Shown here piece by piece: positions 56,395 through 64,000 of a DNA stretch of 64,000 nt (positions are counted from its first letter, which is position 1; every line of letters begins with the position of its first letter). Location: positions 835,042-899,041 of the forward strand of contig CP064968.1 of the NCBI GenBank assembly GCA_016699245.1. The letters run 5' to 3'. The position numbers and the translations under genes were made by a program. The notes under the pieces are model-generated. The model was not told the DNA's origin, made no database searches, and worked only from the letters and a program-made list of their open reading frames with translations. Source of the DNA: Candidatus Kaiserbacteria bacterium. Lineage in GTDB: Bacteria > Patescibacteriota > Minisyncoccia > Phycocordibacterales > UBA918.

Positions 56395-57393
56395 ATGAAA
56401 TCAATCACGCAACACTTTTTCTTTCGGCCAATTATTGTTTCGGTGATAGCACTCTTGCTCGTGTGGTACAAGGCGGGAGCATCTGCATTTTTGCTCGTCA
56501 CCGTGCTTGCGATACTGGAAACAACACTTTCTTTTGATAATGCTGTGGTGAACGCGAAAGTACTTGAGCGAATGAGCCCACTCTGGCAGCGTCGTTTTCT
56601 CACGTGGGGTATTCTCATTGCGGTCGTGGGGACACGTTTTGTACTTCCTATACTCATTGTGAGTACTGCGCTTTGGATGTCGCCATGGTACATCACGACA
56701 CTCGCGATACAAGACCCTGCGGCATACGGACATCTGCTTGAAAGTGTTCATGGGACCATTACCGCATTTGGCGGCATGTTTCTTCTTATGGTCTCACTCA
56801 AATATTTTTTCAATAAGACGAAGGATGTGCATTGGATACACAGAGTAGAGGCGCACCTAGTGAAGTGGGGACGAATCGAGGCTATCGAAATAGCACTTGC
56901 GCTCACACTCCTTGCAATCCTAGCATCGGTCACGCACTTTAGCCCCGTATCGGTACTTATTGCAGGCATTGTGGGTATTGTCCTTTTTATCATTATGGAA
57001 GGAGTGGCCGGCTCACTCTCACTTGAGGCAGGAGAGGTGGCACAGAGTGGCGCGACACTCTTTGTGTATCTCAACATACTCGACTCAGCCTTTTCACTCG
57101 ATGGTGTGGTAGGAGCATTTGCACTCACAACGAACCTACTCATTATTGTGGTGGGTTTGGGTATTGGTGCGTACTTCGTCCGTGCGCTCACACTCTATAT
57201 GGTGGAACAGAAGACGCTCACCCAACTTGTATATCTCGAACACGGCGCTCATTGGGCAATATTGGGGCTCGCTATTGCAATGCTCGCTAATCTTATTATT
57301 CATGCTCCCGAGGTGGTGACGGGGCTTATCGGACTTGTTTTTGTAACGCTTGCATACCGATCATCAATACGAGAGAGCAAAATGAAAGCATAG
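56395..57393 (+). CDS. TerC/DUF475-family integral membrane protein
   Basis: LSFDNAVVNA and a second SLDGVVGAFA repeat motif; about 8 transmembrane helices. Confidence 0.7.
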   Translation: MKSITQHFFFRPIIVSVIALLLVWYKAGASAFLLVTVLAILETTLSFDNAVVNAKVLERMSPLWQRRFLTWGILIAVVGTRFVLPILIVSTALWMSPWYITTLAIQDPAAYGHLLESVHGTITAFGGMFLLMVSLKYFFNKTKDVHWIHRVEAHLVKWGRIEAIEIALALTLLAILASVTHFSPVSVLIAGIVGIVLFIIMEGVAGSLSLEAGEVAQSGATLFVYLNILDSAFSLDGVVGAFALTTNLLIIVVGLGIGAYFVRALTLYMVEQKTLTQLVYLEHGAHWAILGLAIAMLANLIIHAPEVVTGLIGLVFVTLAYRSSIRESKMKA

Positions 57394-57396
57394 AAT

Positions 57397-57901
57397 ATGA
57401 AAAAAGTCGTCGTGAATGACAAAATGCAAGACGGATATACCTACATGTGCACTGAGCCCATGGGGGAACACTTTCATCCTGGTTTTAAACCACACCTCAC
57501 CCCCAAAAGAAATGCTCGAACTCGGTGTTTTCGGTGGTCTCTACATGACAGATTGCAGAAAAGAATTTCCCAAATCTTGGTTTACGCATGCCAAGCTCTC
57601 GCTTGATGGGAAGCGACACAAGGAACTTAATTATTTTAAAGTAAATGCAAGTCAGTCGTTGACTGTTTGGAAAGAAAAAGGATGGATACATGAGGACGAC
57701 CCACGAGGCTGGTTTCAGTGGTGTTGTAGGTACTATAGCGGTAGACGGCATGAAGACGACGAAAGGCAAATAAAACGATGGCGTAATTTTGCGCGCCATG
57801 CCCATCAGGTAGCACACAACTGCATGCCAGGGGATCTCACGTGTCGCCCGCGCCAACGACAGGCACTCCTCCACTTTGCCTACGACAGTAGAAATATCTG
57901 A
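57397..57901 (+). pseudogene. Hypothetical protein split by a frameshift in a C5A4 homopolymer run (ORFs 57397.. and 57416.. are one gene if one A is removed)
   Basis: ...GFKPHLTPK | EMLELGVFGGLYMTDC... become contiguous with a 1-nt deletion at 'acccccaaaag' near 57505-57515. Confidence 0.45.
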
Positions 57902-58117
57902 TACACTAGTGCTATATGGAAGGAGCTGAATTAGCAGGAGTAGTCATTATCACGTTTGTGATTGCAACTGGTATGGGTTACTACGTCATGCGTCTCATTT
58001 TGGGTGTGTAAGTATACTAGACATTGGCACAATACTGCATTCTGGACGAACGAGTGGAGCCACGTGTATACTTATTGAAGGTAGATTTCGAGGTTTTAGT
58101 TACTACATATAAATACT

Positions 58118-58510
58118 ATGAAAAGATTTCTAGAGGATTTTAAAGCGTTTGCCATGAAGGGAAATGTGATGGATCTCGCTGTTGCGGTGGTTATAGGAGG
58201 GGCGTTCGGGAAGATTGTGTCCTCACTCGTGGACACCATTATTATGCCGACCGTGGGGCTTTTGCTTGGTGGCGTCGACTTTACCGGATGGGGCTTCAAA
58301 GTTGGGGACTCAATCATTGCATATGGAAAATTTGTACAAGCGACAGCGGACTTCGTAATTATCGCGTTCGTGATTTTTGTCGTAATGCATTTTCTACACT
58401 CGTTTGAAAAGAAAAAGGAACTAGAGATTAAAGTAGAGCCTGAGCCAAAGCCTGATGAAACAGTAATCTTGCTTCAGGAGATACGTGACCTGTTAAAAGA
58501 GAGGGAATAA
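58118..58510 (+). CDS. mscL: Large-conductance mechanosensitive channel
   Basis: FKAFAMKGNVMDLAVAVVIGGAFGKIV is the MscL signature. Confidence 0.95.
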   Translation: MKRFLEDFKAFAMKGNVMDLAVAVVIGGAFGKIVSSLVDTIIMPTVGLLLGGVDFTGWGFKVGDSIIAYGKFVQATADFVIIAFVIFVVMHFLHSFEKKKELEIKVEPEPKPDETVILLQEIRDLLKERE

Positions 58511-58514
58511 GAGG

Positions 58515-58552
58515 AAAAAAGCCCCGGATACCAAAGGTATCCGGGGCTTTTT
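58515..58552 (+). terminator. Rho-independent terminator
   Basis: aaaaaagccccggataccaaaggtatccggggcttttt. Confidence 0.85.
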
Positions 58553-58767
58553 CGATACTCCAGAACACACTCACTCATCACGCAAGTCTTGCGCGGCACA
58601 ACATCCTGTTGCTATCCACAGGGTAGGGAAAGGTCCTTACTCAAAAACCCTAGACTTTGCATACAGAGTACGATTATAAGCCACAGTTTGTATTTTTTTG
58701 ACGCGTGGTATCATTCATATAACACACGCACTTGCTCTTCGTGTGATGGCAGACACCTTCATCGTAA

Positions 58768-58783
58768 CCACAATGTACTGTGG
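58768..58783. promoter_or_regulatory. 16-bp palindrome resembling an NrdR box, upstream of nrdA
   Basis: ccacaatgtactgtgg, a perfect inverted repeat about 85 nt upstream of the nrdA start. Confidence 0.3.
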
Positions 58784-58868
58784 CCTGTTTAGGAGCCCTC
58801 TATACATTCGCGTACCGAGAGAAATTTACTTCACCAACCTTACACATAACTAACTGCATTACTGCGCT

Positions 58869-61778
58869 ATGATCACCACAATTACCAAGCGAAACGGCAT
58901 GGTTGTTCCATTTGACCCGACGAAGATTGTTATCGTTATGAAGAAAGCATTTGCTGCAGAGCAAGTTTCCGTAGATGACGCAGCGCTCGAGCAAATGACT
59001 CAGCGAGTCCTGGCTAGTCTCGGGACACTCTGTGAAGGGAAAGAACACTGCCCCACGGTAGAACAGGTGCAGGACTTGGTAGAGAACACCCTCATGGAGC
59101 GCGGATACTTTGGTGTGGCAAAGTCGTATATTCTCTATCGTTTCAAACAAAGTGAAGAGCGCAAGCAGGAGGTGGTCAAAGAAATCGAAGAGCAACGCCT
59201 TACTATCGAGCGTACGGACGGCAGTGTCGAGCAGTTTTCTCGCGAAAAGATGCATGCGTACTTGAGTGAATTTATGGAAGGGTACACCAATGAGGTCAAT
59301 CTCGAAGAGATTGTGTCTCAGGTAGAGCGCGAAGTGTATGACGGTATCAAAACTTCCGAAATGGCAAAGTTGGTCACACTGGTACTTCGCTCACGTATTG
59401 AGGAAGACCCTGCGTACTCAGTTGTTGCTGCGCGTCAATTGGCACGCCGTATTGCTGATGAAGCGGTGGGTAATTTTAATACAGTTCCGAAAGCGGAGCG
59501 TGTGAGTGCATACAAGAATGCCTTTGTTCGAAATATCAAGCGCGGTGTTGAAGCAAAAAAATATGATACGACACTTCTTGGGTACAACCTTGAGGCACTT
59601 GCTCTTGCATTGAAGCCAGAGCGAGACGACCTTTTCAAGTATCTCGGTATTGAGACACTCAACGACCGCTACTTCGTGCGTGTGGAAGGCAAACTTCTCG
59701 AAACCGCACAGATTATGTGGATGCGTATCGCGATGGGCCTTGCGCTTAATGAAAAGGATAAAGAAGCACGAGCGATTGAATTTTATAACATTATGTCGCT
59801 CATGCGTTTTGTGCCTTCAACGCCAACGCTCTTCCATGCAGGCACACCACATCCACAACTTTCTTCTTGTTACCTCAATGTGGTGGAAGACGACTTGAAA
59901 CACATATTTAAGGTGTATGGCGACAATGCCATGCTCGCCAAGTGGGCAGGAGGTATTGGTACTGCGTGGAGCAAACTGCGTGGCATGGGAGCAGAGATCA
60001 AGGCTGCTGGTATCACCTCACAAGGAGTGATTCCATTCCTTAAGATTGCGAACGACGTGACGGTTGCTATCAATCGCTCAGGGCGTCGTCGTGGGGCCTC
60101 TTGCGTGTATATGGAAAACTGGCATGTCGACTTTGAGGACTTTCTCGAGTTGCGCAAGAATACTGGTGATGAGCGTCGCCGCACCCACGACATGAATACT
60201 GCCGCGTGGGTATCCGACCTCTTCATGAAGCGTGTTAAGGAGGATGGGCAGTGGACACTCTTTTCTCCTGATGAGGCCATCGACCTTACCGAGACTTATG
60301 GTAAGAAATTTGAAGAATTGTATGTGAAGTACGAAGAAATGGCTGACCGTGGTGAAATTAAGACCTTCAAGCACGTGCGCGCAAAAGATATGTGGAAGAA
60401 AATGCTTGGCATGCTCTTTGAGACTGGTCACCCATGGATTACCTTTAAGGACCCATCAAACCTCCGCTCACCACAAGACCATGCAGGCGTGGTACATAGT
60501 TCAAATCTCTGTACCGAAATTACCCTCAACACATCAGCAGAGGAGACTGCAGTGTGTAATCTAGGCTCAATCAATTATCCAAAGCACATCATTAACGGTG
60601 TCTTTGACAAAAGTATGGTAAAGGAAACCATCACTACCGCGATGCGCATGCTCGACAATGTGATTGATCTCAACTTCTATCCTACCGTGGAAGCGCGTAC
60701 TTCAAATATACGCCATCGCCCCGTCGGTCTGGGTATCATGGGCTTTCAGGATGCTCTGTACCTCCTCAATATTCCTTTTGGTTCAGACGAGTGTGTGACT
60801 TTTTCGGATACCTCTATGGAGATAATTGCGTATAACGCGATTCTTGCATCGACCGACCTCGCGCGCGAACGTGGTGCGTACCAGAGTTTCAAGGGCTCAA
60901 AGTGGGATCGTGGCATTTTCCCGATTGACACTATCGCACTCCTTGAGGCAGATCGCGGTATGTCGACTGGTATCGACCGCACCGAGCGTCTCGACTGGAG
61001 TGTTGTCCGCGAAGCGGTAAAGCAGTACGGTATGAGAAACAGTAACACCATGGCAGTCGCGCCAACCGCAACGATTGCCAATATTGCTGGTTCTATTCCG
61101 GGCAACGAACCAATCTACAAAAACATCTATGTAAAGGCCAATATCTCAGGGGACTTTGTGGTGGTGAATCCGTACCTTGTCGATGATCTTAAGAAAATTG
61201 GACTCTGGGATGCAGAAATGCTCGGAGCGATAAAGTACAACGACGGCAGTCTTGCCAATATCCCGAGTGTCCCTATGGAACTCAAGATAAAGTACAAGGA
61301 GACTTTTGAAATCGATATGCGTTGGCTGGTAAAGGCGGCTGCATATCGCGGTAAATGGATTGACCAATCACAGTCACTCAACATCTTCTTTAATGGTACC
61401 TCAGGAAAAGAAATTTCAGATCTCTATATGTACGCATGGGAGATTGGGCTCAAGACTACCTATTACCTCAGGTCACTCGCTGCAACACAGGTAGAAAAGT
61501 CTACTGTTGGTACTGCAGGGACACACCTTCGTAAGGATGCAGATTCAGGAGTACAACAAGACGTCACCTTTGGCGCAGCACCCACAGCGGGGGAAGTGGC
61601 AACACCGGTAGGGAGCAGAATGGCAGCAGTGGTGGTAGAGAAAGTGGCACCAGTTGCGGTTGCCACCCCATCTCCATTTGTCGCAGTAGTAGAAGAGACT
61701 ACGATAGTAGTAGCAACACCAAAGACACCTATCAGACTCCATATTGCCGAGGAAGCACTCTGCGAGTCATGTCAATAG
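58869..61778 (+). CDS. nrdA: Class I ribonucleoside-diphosphate reductase alpha subunit with N-terminal ATP-cone and extended C-terminal tail
   Basis: ATP cone (ITKRNGMVVPFDPTKI); catalytic NLCTEI; C-terminal CESC redox pair; 969 aa. Confidence 0.9.
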   Translation: MITTITKRNGMVVPFDPTKIVIVMKKAFAAEQVSVDDAALEQMTQRVLASLGTLCEGKEHCPTVEQVQDLVENTLMERGYFGVAKSYILYRFKQSEERKQEVVKEIEEQRLTIERTDGSVEQFSREKMHAYLSEFMEGYTNEVNLEEIVSQVEREVYDGIKTSEMAKLVTLVLRSRIEEDPAYSVVAARQLARRIADEAVGNFNTVPKAERVSAYKNAFVRNIKRGVEAKKYDTTLLGYNLEALALALKPERDDLFKYLGIETLNDRYFVRVEGKLLETAQIMWMRIAMGLALNEKDKEARAIEFYNIMSLMRFVPSTPTLFHAGTPHPQLSSCYLNVVEDDLKHIFKVYGDNAMLAKWAGGIGTAWSKLRGMGAEIKAAGITSQGVIPFLKIANDVTVAINRSGRRRGASCVYMENWHVDFEDFLELRKNTGDERRRTHDMNTAAWVSDLFMKRVKEDGQWTLFSPDEAIDLTETYGKKFEELYVKYEEMADRGEIKTFKHVRAKDMWKKMLGMLFETGHPWITFKDPSNLRSPQDHAGVVHSSNLCTEITLNTSAEETAVCNLGSINYPKHIINGVFDKSMVKETITTAMRMLDNVIDLNFYPTVEARTSNIRHRPVGLGIMGFQDALYLLNIPFGSDECVTFSDTSMEIIAYNAILASTDLARERGAYQSFKGSKWDRGIFPIDTIALLEADRGMSTGIDRTERLDWSVVREAVKQYGMRNSNTMAVAPTATIANIAGSIPGNEPIYKNIYVKANISGDFVVVNPYLVDDLKKIGLWDAEMLGAIKYNDGSLANIPSVPMELKIKYKETFEIDMRWLVKAAAYRGKWIDQSQSLNIFFNGTSGKEISDLYMYAWEIGLKTTYYLRSLAATQVEKSTVGTAGTHLRKDADSGVQQDVTFGAAPTAGEVATPVGSRMAAVVVEKVAPVAVATPSPFVAVVEETTIVVATPKTPIRLHIAEEALCESCQ

Positions 61779-61787
61779 GACAATAAA

Positions 61788-61825
61788 TAATAGAAAATAG
61801 AAAATAGAAAATAGAATAGAAAATA
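61788..61825. repeat. (TAGAAAA)n heptamer microsatellite, the same unit as at 27367-27415
   Basis: tagaaaatagaaaatagaaaatagaatagaaaa, starting 10 nt after the nrdA stop. Confidence 0.9.
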
Positions 61826-61936
61826 TCATTATTACACCACGTGTAATGGGCTTGTAATCTACAGTTAGGTGTGGATTAAGTGGTAGAATAGTTTTCCCAT
61901 TCAATATTATATATTTTAATAGTTTATTTTTTCAGC

Positions 61937-62971
61937 ATGGCTATAACCAAGAATGCACCACCAGTCGATATCAACAAGCGCCGCGCGATAAATGGCGAGG
62001 ATGCTGATGTGATTCAACTCTATCCTATGCAACATAAGTGGGCATGGGAGTACTACAACGCCGCAAATGCCAATCACTGGCTTCCGACAGAGATTTCGAT
62101 GCAACTCGATATCGAGCAATGGAAGTCAAAGACTGCGCTCACACAAGATGAGCGACATGCATTCGAGACCGTGCTTGGTTTTTTCACGACTGCAGACTCC
62201 ATTGCAGCCAACAACATTACGATTGCAAACTACCGCCACATCACGTCGCCAGAGATTCGTATGTATCTCCTCCGTCAGGCATACGAAGAGGCTATCCATA
62301 CACATGCGTATCAGTACATTGTGGAATCACTCGCTATGGATGAGGCAAAGATTTTTAACATGTATCGCGAGCGCGATGCTATCTACAACAAAGCAAGTTT
62401 CATTCTCTCATTCAACGAAGGTATTTTTGATCCGACGTTTAAGACCGGCACCTTCGAGAACGACCAAAAGTATCTCGAAAACCTCTGCGTCTTCTCACTT
62501 ATTCTAGAGGGTATCTTCTTCTACTCATCGTTTGCGGTGATGTTTGGTTTCCAGCGCCAGCATAAACTCACGGGAAGTGCAGAGCAGATTCAGTACATCA
62601 TGCGTGATGAATCGATGCATCTTAACTTTGGTTGCCAACTCATCAATACCATCCGCGAAGAACAGCCCGAACTATGGACACAGGAATTTCAAGATAAAAT
62701 TGTGGGCTACGTGAGGGAAGCAGCACGCCTCGAGTACACCTACGCACAGGAGGTATTTCCATCTGGAATCTTTGGCATGAATGCCGCAGGTTTCCGTCAG
62801 TACATCGAGCATATTGCCGATCGTCGTCTTGAACGCGTAGGTCTTCCTGTACAATTTGGTGTCGCAAACCCATTCCCCTGGATGAGTGAGGCCATTGATC
62901 TTCCAAAGGAAAAAAACTTCTTCGAAACCCGAGTTACTGAGTATAAGACTGGCGGTGCGTTGAACTGGTGA
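61937..62971 (+). CDS. nrdB: Class I ribonucleoside-diphosphate reductase beta subunit
   Basis: Di-iron ligand motifs EEAIHTHAYQYI and DESMHLNFG; conserved radical-site Tyr region. Confidence 0.9.
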   Translation: MAITKNAPPVDINKRRAINGEDADVIQLYPMQHKWAWEYYNAANANHWLPTEISMQLDIEQWKSKTALTQDERHAFETVLGFFTTADSIAANNITIANYRHITSPEIRMYLLRQAYEEAIHTHAYQYIVESLAMDEAKIFNMYRERDAIYNKASFILSFNEGIFDPTFKTGTFENDQKYLENLCVFSLILEGIFFYSSFAVMFGFQRQHKLTGSAEQIQYIMRDESMHLNFGCQLINTIREEQPELWTQEFQDKIVGYVREAARLEYTYAQEVFPSGIFGMNAAGFRQYIEHIADRRLERVGLPVQFGVANPFPWMSEAIDLPKEKNFFETRVTEYKTGGALNW

Positions 62972-63352
62972 CCGAAAAATAACGGGCAGAGCCCGTATAT
63001 TTTTCGAGTGGCCAAAAATTAAGAAGCGCAAGCGACTATAATTTCTGAGCCTGTGGCCTAGAAGTCACAGAGCGCAGCGGCAATGACTTCTGGTCTGTCA
63101 TAATTTTGTATTCATAATCAAAATTATGACCAAGGTTTTTCTCTCACAATGAAAAAGTAGACCAAGGAGTTTTTTCTTCCCCCCGGAAGAAAAAACGAGG
63201 CCGCAAGACCCTGTAGCGAATCCATAAGCAGACCCCCTATATCTCATCGTATATTAAATACGCCTCGACTTATTTTATTCGCACGCCTCGCACCTGAGGG
63301 CTTTTAGCGCGTTTGGTTTACGATGTCGCACATTTATAAAATTTCCTTCAAT

Positions 63353-63382
63353 AAAAAATCCCCCGGACATAGTCGCGGGGGG
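63353..63382 (-). terminator. Hairpin terminator 3' of the minus-strand gene ending at 63404
   Basis: aaaaaatcccccggacatagtcgcgggggg. Confidence 0.55.
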
Positions 63383-63403
63383 TGAGGAGGAGGTCTTGTC
63401 ACG

Positions 63404-63712
63404 TTAGTGCGAAAGAGTGCTTTTGGCTTCGCTTGCGCATGCCTTCTGAATACTTTCCAGTATTTCTGGAGGATACTGGCGTGCAAAGCGAATTGCACAC
63501 AACTTATGGATTACTTTCGCTGCTTCATCGATAGTGCAGACGCAAGACGTGACGAGCTCTTCTTCGAGTTTTTTGAGCCCCTCGACTGTTCGCACGCCGA
63601 GCGCAGAGAGGTCGTCTTCAAGTTTCTCGAAGACTCCATCCGCACCAGATTTGGCGAAATTTAATGCAATGGCAACTACGGAGTTGCGTGCGTTAGTAAG
63701 AACATCAGACAT
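63404..63712 (-). CDS. Small helical hypothetical protein (phasin-like composition)
   Basis: ATG at 63710-63712 preceded by AGGAGA. The upstream extension in the ORF track is judged spurious. Confidence 0.4.
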   Translation of the reverse strand: MSDVLTNARNSVVAIALNFAKSGADGVFEKLEDDLSALGVRTVEGLKKLEEELVTSCVCTIDEAAKVIHKLCAIRFARQYPPEILESIQKACASEAKSTLSH

Positions 63713-64000
63713 GTTTTTCTCCTGTTGTGTAGTCAAAACTGACTTTGGTACTATGACACAATTTATTATAAATAGCAACACACTATCAAACACTGAAATT
63801 TTTTGGTGGGGTGGGTGTATATAGAAGTAATACACAATCATTTTGATATACTTAACCCCATGCGACTTCCGATATTGCTACTGATACTTATTGCCACGCT
63901 CTTTGGGAGCGGTTTTTGGTATCAATATATCGATACGACCTGCCGCACTCCAGTGTATTACCATGTAGGTAGTGTAGACGAACGTTTCGGTGCATCAAAA

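Noticed and set aside
63040-63330. Possible structured ncRNA (SRP/4.5S- or 6S-like) in the 430-nt intergenic region after nrdB
   Set aside because: Several hairpins are visible (cctagaagtca...tgacttctgg, gtcataattttg...caaaattatgac). However the SRP domain IV motif and the 6S central bubble architecture could not be recognised by eye. Left unannotated pending a covariance-model scan.

Overview
Gene-dense, low-GC bacterial chromosomal segment, probably from a reduced-genome (CPR/Patescibacteria-like) organism; this is an inference from gene content and size only.

Housekeeping genes:
- Replication, repair and RNA processing: tsaE (3' end), polA, a holA-like gene, murE, ruvA, a SpoU/TrmH-family (SPOUT) methyltransferase and a YqgF/RuvX-like nuclease.
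- Translation: rpsT and rplS.
- Envelope and central metabolism: gdhA, uppS, an RluA-family pseudouridine synthase and pilMNO-like type IV pilus assembly genes.
- Stress and nucleotide supply: the class I ribonucleotide reductase genes nrdAB, a Zur/ZupT-like zinc-uptake pair, and msrA plus a DM13-MsrA-MsrB fusion.
- tRNAs: nine genes (Lys, Gly, Arg-GCG, Ser, Arg-TCT, Val, Leu, His, plus partial copies).

Accessory islands, mostly at tRNA 3' ends:
1. A ~4.3 kb island between direct repeats of the tRNA-Arg(GCG) 3' end. It carries a RiPP-like gene set: an RRE-fused E1/ThiF-like adenylyltransferase, an RRE-fused arginase-family hydrolase with a complete Mn site, a standalone C39 peptidase and a GNAT, plus a divergent Arg-rich small ORF with its own terminator.
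2. A ~5 kb integrative element in tRNA-Val, with a 21-bp direct repeat and a large serine recombinase. Its cargo is a Shedu/DUF4263-like nuclease and a DNPH1-like plus MOSC gene pair.
3. A Sau3AI-like type II restriction-modification island (RadC-like protein, MutH-like restriction endonuclease, C5 methyltransferase) bracketed by 61-nt direct repeats.
4. Two type II toxin-antitoxin pairs around a HAD hydrolase cassette.
5. A LAGLIDADG homing endonuclease pseudogene next to tRNA-Leu.
6. A dispersed nested-hairpin repeat family beside tRNA fragments, and (AAAATAG)n microsatellites at two loci.

No CRISPR array and no rRNA genes were seen.
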